From the NCBI GenBank assembly GCA_951406725.2, contig OX597830.1:31310001-31374000 (forward strand): a DNA stretch of 64,000 nucleotides, written 5' to 3'. The stretch comes from Octopus vulgaris. Its lineage: Eukaryota. This document shows positions 1 to 13,625 of the stretch, piece by piece. Each line of letters starts with the position of its first letter. Position 1 is the stretch's first letter. Under the pieces are notes generated by a model. It was not told where the DNA came from and ran no database searches. It was given only the letters and a program-made list of their open reading frames with translations. The translations under genes were made by a program, and so were the position numbers.

Positions 1-84
1 AAATCTATCAAAAAATTTCAAAAAGCTAGTCGTGTTCGCCATACAAAATATTTAAACGAAAAGCCGCATCGCATTACGTAATTA

Positions 85-1012
<928 letters not shown>

Positions 1013-1319
1013 CAAACCTGCTCACACACTTGCACATAAGTGCACGCACAACTATCATTTATACACGCGTGTTTGTCAATGCAAGGTAAATTCATTTAAG
1101 ACAGGTGTGTTCTCAATAGTAGTTTTATGTTGCCTAACACGAACGTCCGAAGGATTCCTCGTAGCAAAGTGGCTGACGGACTGCGACCGTTGAAATAAGT
1201 ACCCACATGGTACGGAAGGGTGGCACCAACGTCTACGAAATATCTCTGCATTTGATTGATTGTCTGTCTGTCTGTCTAAACAGCCTGCATGATTGATTCA
1301 CTGTCTAGTTAACCGACTC

Positions 1320-1338
1320 ACACACACATAGACAGACA

Positions 1339-1383
<45 letters not shown>

Positions 1384-1787
1384 TCTAGTTAACCCACTAA
1401 ACACACACACTGTCTAGTTAAAATACTTACATACATACATACATACATATATACATACATACATACATACATATACACACACATACGTATATAAGTATAT
1501 CTTTGTATGTATCATGTATGTAATCGCATATATCTGTGTGCATGCATACGCATATAAATGAGTGCATGTATGTGTGTGTATATATATATACATACATATA
1601 TATATATGCATATACATGCATGTATACATATACATGCATGTATACAATATATATATCATATTTATATACATGTGCATATATATATATATACATGTGTATA
1701 TATATACATGCATGTATACATATATATATATCATATTTATATACATGTGCATATATATATATATATACATGTGTATATATATACATG

Positions 1788-1868
<81 letters not shown>

Positions 1869-1935
1869 ATATGTATGTATGTATGTATAATATATATAGA
1901 TCCACACACACACATAATATTATATATGTGTACAT
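1320..1935. repeat. Compound (CA)n/(TACA)n/(TA)n microsatellite with an internal ~75-bp tandem duplication
   Basis: Simple repeats; ATATCATATTTATATACATGTGCATATA occurs twice, near 1653 and 1728. Confidence 0.9.
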
Positions 1936-2660
1936 TATGAAATATATTTATACGCACACATATATCTATGAATGTCTTACAAACTTTCCCCACGTAATGT
2001 TTATATATGTGTGTACAAAATCAGAATAAATACACATGCATTGATAGATGCATTTTTGTAAATGAATACACAGATAGTATCGTCTGCTTATTCGCTTGCG
2101 TATTGGTAGGTCCGAAGTAGCTTACATGCACGCATGCGCACAATCACACACATAGACACACACTCACGAAGAGAGAGTGAGGGAGAGAGAAAGCGGGGAG
2201 TCGGTACTCAGACATGTGTGCATTTGAAAATCCATATCTATGATACACAAAGGCATAATCTATATCCTGAAATGGGTTACGATGCTACGTAACCAATCAA
2301 ACTCGCACAAACAACGTGTGTGAGACTAAAGAGGTGGGTACGTACCACTGCGCGCACTGTGTGTCTGTGTGTGTACGTTCGTGATTTTCATAAATTGTGT
2401 CGACCGATAATAGCAATGTGTGTGTGTGTGTGGAAAGGTAGTAAGTCGTATGTGAATGAAACGTTGGTTTCGTAACAGTTGGGACAGCTGTCCTTGGTGA
2501 ATATTATGAAATGAGTTTTATAGCAGAAAAAAAAATGCCTTTTTATATATATATATATATCCATGTCAAACGTTTAAAGATGGGCAAACAATTATGGAGA
2601 GACGTTATGTGGGAAAGTTTGTAAGTAATCCATATACATATATAAATATATATGTATATA

Positions 2661-2855
2661 CAGGATTGGCCAAAAATCACCTGACAGTAAATCAAACCCA
2701 TCTAATTCCAAGATTCATTTATGTTTAACAACTGAATGAATTTATAAAATGTTCGAAGTGAAGTCCTTGAGCGATACATTTTTCCATTCGAGTCAATACA
2801 GAATTAGAGATAATATTTACAGAATTTTGATTTACTGTCGAGTAACTTCTGACCA

Positions 2856-2861
<6 letters not shown>
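2661..2861. mobile_element. Tc1/mariner-type MITE (~200 bp)
   Basis: Left end TA|CAGGATTGGCCAAAAATCACCTGACAGTAAATCAAA matches the reverse complement of the right end TTTGATTTACTGTCGAGTAACTTCTGACCAACCCTA|TA (~36-bp imperfect TIR); TA flanks. Confidence 0.8.
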
Positions 2862-2913
<52 letters not shown>

Positions 2914-3894
2914 ACACGTATATATGCATACTTATGTGTGTTTTATATATATCTGTGTATGTATAAAACGCGTGCTGCACTAATCTCTTCTAACATTACA
3001 ACAATTAGTTTCGCTTTTATCTGTCTCTTCAGGAAACAGGCGGAAAGATTACTTGAATCCAGTTCACGTAGAGCAAACAAATACACACACACACACACAC
3101 ACAGACATACGCACACATACAGACACACACACACACACATACACACACACATACACACACACACTATATCTATTTCTTCTCTCTGTCTCTCTCGCATACA
3201 CAAATAGTAAATTTGTGTCAATGGATCTCCATTTGTTTCACCGACAAGCCTAATTATTTGGTCAACTGAATTATCTAATCAATGCAGATAATTCAGTTTA
3301 ATGTGGCTGAGTGTTCTGTAGACATATGCAATCGTAACTTAATCTTCAGGCATAATATCTATTCCACAGAGTGTATCATTCGTAGCCCTTTGCCTATTAC
3401 AGGTACACTCCATCCGACATGCTTTGTCAACGATTTCAGTCAACCACACAACCCACAGATCCCTATTGATCGAACTTTTTTTTTTCTTTGTGTCCCACCC
3501 ATCCCGCCTCGAAAAGAAAAAAAACTCTACATTGTATTTCGTCCATTTTTATTCTGTGTTTAGCCCTGTGTGGCCACAATAAAAAGTTATTTCAGTCAAC
3601 AATTTCAGTCTTTCACAATTTCTTTCACAAATCATGGGCCAACACTTATGCAACATTCCATACGGCGGGATCTTTGTGATTACCGAGCGAACACTTGGTC
3701 ATGCCAGCATCTATGCCCAACACACTCCTAAACACACGCAAAACAGAGAGCAAAAATTATCTTCTCTCGGAGAAACTTCTTGGTAATCTATCAAGTACGA
3801 GAAAGACAATTCTGCAATGTTTTGCTGAACGATTTGCACTGAATATTCGGTTATAGAAATCAAATTTTTGTGTTGTACATTAGTTCACTTCCTC

Positions 3895-4076
3895 CATCAA
3901 ATCAACATTGGCGCTACAGGTGCACAAGTGTGCCACACTTCAGTCGTCGAAGTGATCGCAGAGCAACGCGAAATGAAGTGTTTTGCCCAAGAACATTACG
4001 CTTCGCCCGGTCTACGAATTGAAACCACGATCTCGCGAGTGTGAGCGCAACACCCTAGCACTAGGCCACGCGCCCT
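3895..4076 (-). mobile_element. tRNA-derived SINE, family E
   Basis: Minus strand GCGCGTGGCCTAGTG (A box) ... GGTTTCAATTC (B box) ... TTCTTGGGCAAAACACTTCATTTC; homologous to 47710-47840 and related to 40320, 42968 and 48430. Confidence 0.75.
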
Positions 4077-4104
4077 CACATAACGGAAACTAGATAAAGC
4101 AATA

Positions 4105-4300
4105 AACGGTATGATTCAACGAATGGTACGACAGAATGGATAGTATGGCGCAATGTAGGGCATGGAACAATATATAATAAATGATATGGCTATGGTATAA
4201 TGTCATTTGTACTATGTACGGTACATAGTGCAATGAATGGTATGGTAGAATAGATGGTATGGCATAATGGTACAATGGACAGTAAAATGGACGGGATGAT
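4105..4300. repeat. Degenerate pentanucleotide-like (ATGGT/ATAGT) tract
   Basis: Recurring ATGGT/AATGG/ATAGT units. Confidence 0.55.
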
Positions 4301-4569
4301 GTGCTCATTACATCTTAGAACCGTCGAAATGATGGAGAAACATCATCAACTAATATATTTCTCTCCTTCTCTACCATGTCTGTCTTCTGGTTATCTTTCT
4401 ACCAATATCCCTCTCTCCGCGCCTGTCTAAATTTATGCACATATATACACTTGCATTATCAGCGGGGCCACGCAATCTGTTAGAAATAGGAACCAAATCT
4501 CACTCACAAGACACACACACACTACATATGGTTTCGCTAGATGCTCTAAATCCACGTTTATATCTTATC

Positions 4570-4613
<44 letters not shown>

Positions 4614-4614
4614 G

Positions 4615-4682
<68 letters not shown>

Positions 4683-5310
4683 GAGCCGCGAGTCAATATG
4701 AAATTCGTATATACACACACACTTATACACACTCGTACACTCATAATTGCACATAAAATTCATTCAGCTGGATATTATTTACACCGCTACTTAGAGTTTC
4801 CCTGCTCAATACGGATCGTCAGATAGCAACTTATGAAAAAAAATGCAGTGTGTCGCAGAGAATTGGAGTAACGGAGATGTTTATACTCACTAGGAATTTG
4901 CATAAAACGTTAGGTGTGGCCAATCAAGGAAACTGAAAGCTGGCAAATGGGTGGTATAAGGGTAGTGGGTGGATGAGGTGAGGTAGGATGGAACTTCAGG
5001 GTTGACTCTAATTGATTTAACAGTTGGGTAAATTCACGGTTAAATTTATAGGCGGGGGTATGAACAACATAGGAACGGCAATAGAATGTGTGTGCGTGTG
5101 TGTGTGTATCCATGTGTATGCTTCTATTTTTATGTTCGCGTATGCGTGTGTAAGTGTGTGTGTGTGCGTGCGTGTGTGTGTGTATGTGAGTGTTATCTCC
5201 GTTGAAATCGACTCAGTTGAAGTGAATAATTTTCACATGTAGTACTCATTACATGATATGAAGGTTGAGCTTCATTTCTTACATATATATAAATTCACAC
5301 ACACACACAC

Positions 5311-5387
<77 letters not shown>

Positions 5388-5477
5388 AACATGTATATAC
5401 ATACATTCATTATATGTACATATATATATATATATATATACATATGTATACATACATTCGCACACATATATGTACAT

Positions 5478-5526
<49 letters not shown>

Positions 5527-5649
5527 TATATATGTATATACATACATTCATGTATATATAGGTATGTGTAGAAAATTAATGTAGTCAGCAGTAAGCAATA
5601 CACACACACACAAATATATATACATATATATATATACATACACACACAT

Positions 5650-5686
<37 letters not shown>

Positions 5687-6037
5687 TCCATCTTCCTCCG
5701 TTATGAAGCGCTTGGCATTTGGTAATTTTCCTGCACTTATCTTTATCCCAACACAGTATTATGTGTTTTATCGCTTTATCCTCTTTTCCATGTTTTTTTT
5801 TTAAATGAGGGAGATGGGTTGTTTGGGGTCTAAGAGGGCTAATGAGGTTACTGTTATGTTTATGTATGTATATGTATGTTTTGCTTCCATATATTTGAGT
5901 CTGGACTTTGCAGTTATAGGATTGGTGTTGAGAGTATGTGAGTGGTGATCTGCAGAGGTTATTGGTGATGCATCTGGACGCTGTACTTGGTAGTATTGTG
6001 AAAATACTACCACCACCACTGCTGCTTCTACTGCTTC

Positions 6038-6038
6038 T

Positions 6039-6081
<43 letters not shown>

Positions 6082-6088
6082 TGTTATT

Positions 6089-6123
<35 letters not shown>

Positions 6124-6243
6124 GGTGGTGGTGGTGGTGGTGGTGGTGGTGGTGGTGGTGGTAGTAGCAATAGTAGATGCAGCAGCAGCAGCAGTAGTAG
6201 TAATAGTAGACGCAGCAGCAGCAGCAGTAGTAGTAGACGCACC

Positions 6244-6285
<42 letters not shown>

Positions 6286-6390
6286 GGTGGTGGTGGTGGT
6301 TGTGGTGGTAGTAGTAGCAATAGTAGATGCAGCAGCAGCAGTAGTAGTAATAGTAGACGCAGCAGCAGCAGCAGTAGTAGTAGACGCACC

Positions 6391-6426
<36 letters not shown>

Positions 6427-6450
6427 TGTAGTAGTAGTAGTAGTAGTAGT
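6038..6450. repeat. Compound trinucleotide repeat (AGT)n/(GGT)n/(AGC)n with a 150-bp higher-order duplication
   Basis: AGCAATAGTAGATGCAGCAGC...AGACGCACCAGTAGT block starts at both 6166 and 6316. Confidence 0.9.
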
Positions 6451-6971
6451 TAGAGAAAGAGGAGTAAGTGGGGCCCAGCATTAGCAACAGTCGTTCGTTA
6501 TCCACGAGTGTCGGCATTATTATGATACTGAAGGAACGTGAGTTAATTTAGAGCTTCTGTCAATAAGAAAAAAAAAACGAAAAAAGAAATTTAGACCCAT
6601 CCCCCCCACCAAAATCTCTTTATCTCAATGGCCTGTATATGGGGTTTACAATGCCTGTGGTACCGAACCTCCGGAGTTCATTTAGTAAGCGTTGTGCGTG
6701 AAGGAATTCCTAAGGGGAGCATTAACTATGGAGTTATCCTTCATCGAAAATTTTCCGATACTCAACCTTATTTAGATTTAAACTAAAATATTAGTTGAGG
6801 GGTTAAATCCACGCAACCTCCTTGTTTTAGAATAGATGCATCCTTTTGCCAAATTGTGTGGTACAGCATGCAACGTACACGCAAGTGTACATACATATAA
6901 ACTTGCACACATACATACATACATACATACATACATACATACATACATACATACATACATACATACCATAC

Positions 6972-7815
6972 AGATGGGACTTATCATGCTAAATGCTTGG
7001 CATGGAGCACTGACAAGTTTATGACATCCCACTTCAAAGGCTACCCCCTATGCAATTCAAGAACGAGACCCCCACCATGTACCTACAGCATAAAATGCAA
7101 ACACATTGACAGACAAGAGATATAGGCTGTGCAAGAGCAAGACTGAAGGCATCAACCACGTCATTGCCAACTGCGAGAGAATGTCTTCAACGTATTATCT
7201 TCCCATGACGCAGAGGCCAGAGCAATCTGGAACAAGATAACAAAAACGGGAAAACACCTATAGACGAAGGTGACTATATTGAAACTTACGTGTCAAAAAA
7301 ATAGTGGTGGACCTTGAAAATTAAAACACAACCGGCCAGATATTGCTTTGTGGGACCATAAGGAAAAGATATGTTCTGGTGTGGAAATTAGCTGCCCTCT
7401 GGACACCAATGTGGTTAGAAAAATATAAGCGAAGGAGTACATCTATGGGTCATTGATAAGAAGTTTGCAAATCCAGTGCCTAAGATACACTTACAGTTTC
7501 GTACCTATTATTACTCGAACAACAGGAAACATACCAACACGCCTGGAATTTGAGATCTTGGAAAGAGAATGCAAATCTTTAATTCATATGCTAGAAGCGA
7601 TCACGATATCTAGGACTATCAAAATCTGCAACATCTTCTTAAAGATTTAAAGGATGGTGGTTAAAACAAGATGCTTATTCTAAATTATAAAGGGAAAGAG
7701 AACATATATGCATACAGGGATACGGAGAGAAATTTTGTAAAGTGGAATGATATTGCCTCGGGGTACAAATCTCTGAAGATTGTGTGATATCCTCCAACCC
7801 CATCGGAAATTCATA
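6972..7815 (+). mobile_element. Decayed 3' end of an R4/Dong-like (restriction-like endonuclease) non-LTR retrotransposon
   Basis: Manual translation gives DKRYRLCKSKTEGINHVIANCERMSSTYYL (degenerate CCHC knuckle, ~7110-7200) and KHNRPDIALWDHKEKICSGVEISCPLDTN (PD..D/E RLE motif, ~7325-7410), then FVPII. Frameshifts and stops are present. Confidence 0.85.
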
Positions 7816-8454
7816 GGGTCCCGCTTAAGATCTCTCAGAACCGGATCGATGATTGCGTGCTTACTTCCATCCCTTTATTCATTTATCCATACCACACACA
7901 CACACGTTTATATATCAAGCTGGACCACACTTCTGTGTCTGAGCGTAGGTTTTAGGACCACGTGGAACTTGATGTAACATCATCAAGGACTTAGTTGACC
8001 AGGTAACTATATGAACTTGTATCGTTCTTATTCATCTTCATAATCAGATTTAATTACACTCCTGAAAGTAAAAACGGTGTGGTAAGAAACCATAGGGTAA
8101 CAAGATGAAATAGTGTTAGCTATTTATTTAGTTCCTTAGTTTCGGTATTCAGTCTGCGTAGAATCAACATCGGTTTTTCCACCTTTCGAGAAACGGTTCG
8201 ATGAAAGTAGGTTCCAGGTGTATTACTAGAGTCAACTGAATAATTGCTTCTCTCTCCATACATCTTCAAAATTTGTAGATATATGATGATATTAGGGATC
8301 CTGTGCTCAAACACTGCGATGTTCCATTTTATTTTTCATTGTCGTGGGGTTGTTATTCTTTACCGTCTTCCACCATTAAATCTATTCAAATCGTGCTGAC
8401 CTATGTTCAAATGTATTCTACCTGTGATCATTCCATCTTTTACTTTTTCTGACC

Positions 8455-8596
8455 CAGTATAGAAGCTCGCTTTGCAGTCATGTGGCGTCAGGCTCGGGCC
8501 CACTGCGTGGCACCTTGGGCCAGTGTCTTTTCGTCCGGGCCGAACCAATGACTTGTGAATGAATTTGGTTGAGGGGAAACGGTGGAAGCCTATCGA

Positions 8597-8653
<57 letters not shown>

Positions 8654-8890
8654 CACGCTTATATATGTAATGAATGTATACATATGTTCTTTGTATTTGT
8701 CCCTCCACAGCTTTACAACCGGTGTTGGTTTGTTTTGATCCCCCTAACATGACGGTTCGTCAAAAGAGAATGATAAGATAAGTAGTAGTCGATTTAAAAC
8801 AAAAGAGTATTAGGGTAGATTTGCCTACTAAACCTCTCAAGGCGGTAACTGCTGGGCTGCCCTCCAATGATTGAAACCAGTTAAAGACAA
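8455..8890 (+). mobile_element. tRNA-derived SINE, family D (internal TA/TG microsatellite), diverged
   Basis: CCCACTGCGTGGCACCTTGGGCCAGTGTCTT core and 3' half homologous to 13259, 30836 and 56665. Confidence 0.8.
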
Positions 8891-9373
8891 CAGGTTAAAG
8901 GTAAGTCTAAAAGTACGTCGATATCCGGGGTGTTCCTTTTTTTTTTAATGATAAGGTAGGGGTTTTAAGGGAGAATGGTTGCTATTTCTAGCTGACCAAA
9001 TAACAACTACATAGAGGTACCCTCGTTGGCTCAACATTCTAAAAGTCTCGTAAAATCAGAAACAGTCAAATAATTACACCCATCCATCTATTCAGCCAGC
9101 CAGCTATCCAGTCAGCCAGTTAGCCAACCAGCCATTACTACCACCAGCACCAACGCCCACAGATGTATACTGTATCCTTGTGCTTAAATCAGATACAATT
9201 ATCATAACCAGACTAGTACAAAGGCCACGTATCAGTCTAACGCCTGTTGGTATTTAGCTTTCTCCTTTGTAGCTTCTGAGTTCAAATCTAACTGAAGTCA
9301 ATGTTTGCTTTTCTACTTTCAAGAGTGAGGATCGAGAATGTGGCTGTCAACATTGAAGCACTCTTTCACTTTT

Positions 9374-9410
<37 letters not shown>

Positions 9411-9610
9411 GTATTCTTGTGCCAACGGTCAAATAAAATCACAATATGACTGATCATAAAAATCGAGTTCGGAATCACTGTAAGATTGATCATAATAACA
9501 GGTTAAGGAATCTTTATTAAAACTGATTAGAATAACCGGTTTTGGGACCAGCTCAAATCAGATCCACAGTTACCGAGTATAGAATTTCAATAAGACCAAT
9601 GGTAGTAATA

Positions 9611-9828
9611 ATCCTTTCTACTATTGGTATAAGGCCTGAAGCTGTTTTTGTGGTGAGGTGCTAGTCGATTACATCGACCCCAGTGATCAACTGGTACTAA
9701 TTTCATAGACCCTGAAAGGATGAAAGGCAAAGTCGACCTCGGTGGAATTTGAACTCAGAACGTAAAGACAGACAAAATGCCGCCAAGCATTTTGCCCGGT
9801 TCTCTTACGATTCTGCCAGCTCGCCGTC
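9611..9828 (-). mobile_element. tRNA-derived SINE, family A (Nin/Deu-like central domain)
   Basis: Minus strand GGCGAGCTGGCAGAATCGT...GAGTTCAAATTCC...GGTCGACTTTGCCTTTCATCCTTTC; more than 12 related copies in the window. Confidence 0.9.
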
Positions 9829-10282
9829 TTACTGCTAAAAATAATGACAATGATCGGATATAGAATCCTTATAAAACTTAATCGCAGGAACCGATGTATT
9901 TTTTTTTTCAGGTATGGACGACAAAAATACAAAGGATTTGAAACTGTGACATTTTTTTTTACAAACACATCAACAACTAATAAATTCCAAACGATTCTGG
10001 TGGTCAACAAGAGTGACCACTCAAACAGGTAAACATTCCACTTTCTGTTTTTTTTCTTTCTTTCTTTTTAGGGTAACAGCAAAGCTGATTGCAGTAAAAT
10101 AAAAAGCAACAAAAAAAAAATGACAAAAAAAAAAAGACAAAATAAAATAAAATAAAACGACCGAAGTATGTCCTCATCAATAGGTAAATAATAATAGAGT
10201 AAAAATTGCTGACCACATTGTTGATCCAACTGGTCTGACTGCCGACTGAGCACTCAAAGAAAAAAGTAGATAACGCAAATAT

Positions 10283-10401
10283 AATCTTTCTGATTTTAGC
10301 ACAAGACCACCAAATCTTAGAAGCGGGAGTAAGTCGATTACTTCGACCCCAGTGCTTCACTGATACTTAATTTATCGACCCCGAAAGAATGAAGGGCAAA
10401 G

Positions 10402-10404
<3 letters not shown>
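10283..10404 (-). mobile_element. SINE family A, 3' fragment
   Basis: GTCGATTACTTCGACCCCAGTG...TTTATCGACCCCGAAAGAATGAAGGGCAAAGTCGA, truncated at a (TA)n tract. Confidence 0.8.
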
Positions 10405-10437
<33 letters not shown>

Positions 10438-10442
<5 letters not shown>

Positions 10443-10604
10443 TATTTACATTTGACGGATATTTGTCCTCATCTAGTTTGTTGTATCACAATGTTTCGGC
10501 TGATATACTCTCCATCATTCATCAGGTGTCTTGGGGAAATTTCGAACCTGAGTTCTCATTCCTAAGGTATTTTTCGATGTTGCTGTTGTTGTTGTTGTTG
10601 TTGA

Positions 10605-10679
<75 letters not shown>

Positions 10680-10766
10680 CATCATTATTATCATTATTCA
10701 GGTAACTGCCTGGAATCGAACTCGGAATCTTGGGGTTAGTAGCCCGAACTCTTAACCACTACTGCT
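10438..10766 (-). mobile_element. Composite element: tRNA-like head + (AAT)n/(CAA)n linker + hammerhead-bearing tail
   Basis: Minus strand TAGTGGTTAAGAG...GGGCTACTAACCCC...GAGTTCGATTCC (tRNA-like, B box) at 10701-10766; tail contains GACAC-CTGATGA...GAAAC-ATT-GTG. TA-rich tracts on both sides. Confidence 0.7.
10485..10530 (-). ncRNA. Minimal type I hammerhead ribozyme motif, partly decayed
   Basis: GACAC CUGAUGA AUGAUGGAGAGUAUAUCAGCC GAAAC AUU GUGAU: canonical core boxes, stem I CAC/GUG, imperfect stem II. Confidence 0.6.
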
Positions 10767-11309
10767 GTATAAATATATATATATATAAACAGCAAAATAA
10801 TTTCATGGATCTTTGAGATAATACTGTGGACCCAATTTAGTATTTCGTGTATTCGGACTCCCAAAAATGTTATACGGACAACCAGGAGTTTTATGGAACC
10901 CGTCTGAGGACCACGGCTCTTAAGATTCTGCCAGCTGATCGCCTTATAGTAGCACCAAATTTGTTAAATCACCAAAATTACAAGAGACTAATAGTCGCTT
11001 GTAATTTAAGACAGCTATCAGTAGGAGTCAATCGGATGTCAGTCTACTGCAAGTTAACGATCTCAAATTTCGTTTGTATTTCGGATGAACTGCAGTGATG
11101 TAGAATTTATTGTCCGGGCTGGACCTCTTAAATCTGGCAACCTTGCGGTCTGAGGGACTTTTGGGACTTGACCATTGTTATTCAAGAGAATAATACCACA
11201 AACAGAAACTGACCACTTAAGAAGAGCCTCTACGCATAACAGCATAATACCAAACAATTATATATATTGCATGTTAATATACATACACACATACACGCAA
11301 ACACACACA

Positions 11310-11490
11310 CACACACACATATCTATGTATATAGATATATACGTATATTACTCAAACACACAGATATCTATGTATATAGATATATACATATGTACACACA
11401 CACACACATATATATACGTATATTACTCAAACACACAGATATCTATGTATATAGATATATACATATGTACACACACACACACACACAAAC
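11310..11490. repeat. 75-bp tandem duplication inside microsatellite
   Basis: ACGTATATTACTCAAACACACAGATATCTATG at 11341 and 11416. Confidence 0.85.
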
Positions 11491-11504
11491 ATAGATAGAG
11501 AGGG

Positions 11505-11576
<72 letters not shown>

Positions 11577-12124
11577 GAGAGGAATGTTTATAGATAGACA
11601 GATAGATGAGTAATTAGACATCAAGGATAGAACAAAACGTAAAACAGAAAATTTATATATGTAATTATGCTTCCATTGTTTCTTGCTATATGAACACACC
11701 ACTTCTTCCATGTAGTACAAACTAATGATGTCAGATACTAAATGCGTCGGATATTGTGAACTGCCGAACTATGGAGAGCTGTATTTAAGAAGTCCAGCCT
11801 ATAGGCTTCAAAACACATCGTGAAATGTTCTGCTGTGAGTTTGAAATGCTTATCATGTCATCTCCGATATCTTCTTCCGTTTCCGTAAGGTTTTCTGCAT
11901 TCAGTTAATGGCCGATCTGCTTCCGCTGAATTCTAGACGCTCCAACATGACAGCCAGCGTTACTATGGACACACGACCACAACAATTTTTTCCTCCTGTT
12001 TGTTGGAATTTAAACGAGTAAGGGAATAACATAAATAGTTTCGCTTTCGAAACAAACGTCGAAAGTAATAACTGGTATGATGTGTATGTATGTATGTATG
12101 TATGTATGTATGTATGTATGTATG

Positions 12125-12197
<73 letters not shown>

Positions 12198-12272
12198 GTA
12201 TGAATGCATGCGTGTGTGAATATACATATGCATACACATATGTGTGTGTGAATATACATATGAATATACATA

Positions 12273-12454
12273 TGCTTGACAACGGATGTTGGTGTGTTCA
12301 TGTCCCTGTAACTTAGCGGTTCGGCAAAAGCTACCGATAGAATAAGTACTAGGCTTACAAACAATAAGTCCTGGGGGTCGATTTGTTCGACTAAAGGCGG
12401 TGCTCAGGCATGGCCGCAGTCAAATGACTGAAACAAGTAAAAGAGTAAAAGAGT
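12273..12454 (+). mobile_element. SINE family D, 3' half
   Basis: CTTGACAACGGATGTTGGTGTG...TAAAGGCGGTGCTCAGGCATGGCCGCAGTCAAATGACTGAAACAAGTAAAAGAGT. Confidence 0.85.
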
Positions 12455-12477
12455 ATGCATATTTATATACGTATATA

Positions 12478-12535
<58 letters not shown>

Positions 12536-12536
<1 letters not shown>

Positions 12537-12670
12537 ACGGGAAGCTTTACGAAAATAAACAAAAGACGAAGGCAGGTGGAGTACAAACAAGCAAATGTAT
12601 TAGTATGGCGCTCAGGAATAGAAATAAAACAAGTCTTTTACGTTTCGAGCCTACGCTCTTCAACAGGAGA

Positions 12671-12672
<2 letters not shown>
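12536..12672 (-). mobile_element. Hammerhead-like family B element (PLE-type terminal repeat) between (TA)n tracts
   Basis: Minus strand CTGTTGAAGAGCGTAGGCTCGAAACGTAAAAGAC plus ~100 bp highly similar to 40928-41058. Confidence 0.75.
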
Positions 12673-12733
<61 letters not shown>

Positions 12734-13181
12734 CACACACACACACATACAAATGTATATATCTTTTAAATTTGCTTATGGGAACCGTTTTGAATATGCA
12801 AATAAAACTCCTATTCCATTATGTCGGCCACAGTCTTAATGATGCTGGCGAACCAGTATTTTGGGGTTGCATCGAGCTGTTTTGATATAATGTCGGATGA
12901 ATACAATAAGAATAATGATAATCCTTGGATGAAATTTATAGATTCAATCCAAAGATTATTGTTATTATTACGTATATTTAAATAAATGTGTGTGTGTGCA
13001 ACCACCGTGCGCGCGCATACATATATTTTAACATAGTGACAGCCTGCCATAAAGTCTTGTTTAATTAAATCGAACTCGGTACTCGATTATTGATATTCTG
13101 TTTTATCGACCACTGAAGATTGTCCGACAAAGCTGACCTTAGTGGGGGCAGGAACTCGAAAAATAAAGCGGCATCTGAATT

Positions 13182-13246
<65 letters not shown>

Positions 13247-13258
13247 CATATATGTATA

Positions 13259-13586
13259 GGCGCAGGAGTGGCTGTGTGGTAAGTAGCTTGCTTACCAACC
13301 ACATATTTGTGAGTGGATTTGGTAGACGGAAACTGAAAGAAGCCCGTCGTATATATGTATATATATATATATATATATATGCGTGTTTGTGTGTTTGTGT
13401 GTCTGTGTTTGACAACCGATGCTGGTGTGTTTATGTCCCCCGTTACTTAACGGTTCTGCAAAAGAGACCGATAGAATAAGTACTGGGCTTACAAAAGAAT
13501 AAGTCCCGGGGTCGAGTTGCTCGATTAAAGGCGGTGCTCCAGCATGGCCGCAGTCAAATGACTGAAACAAGTAAAAGAGTAAAGAG

Positions 13587-13587
<1 letters not shown>
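13259..13587 (+). mobile_element. SINE family D with an internal deletion of the B-box region
   Basis: GGCGCAGGAGTGGCTGTGTGGTAAG head joins almost directly to TTGTGAGTGGATTTGG; ~70 bp present in the 56665 copy are missing. Confidence 0.9.

Positions 13588-13625
<38 letters not shown>

Noticed and set aside
5938-6517. Poly-Ser/Gly, poly-Tyr/His and poly-Val ORFs
   Set aside because: Trinucleotide repeat open in several frames on both strands; no supporting splice or start context.
7770-7815. CTGAAGA...GAAA motif
   Set aside because: No convincing stems; lies in the presumed 3' UTR of the R4-like relic.
11750-11990. Possible CR1/L2-like LINE fragment or exon
   Set aside because: Only a vague resemblance with stops in the frames examined; not supportable.
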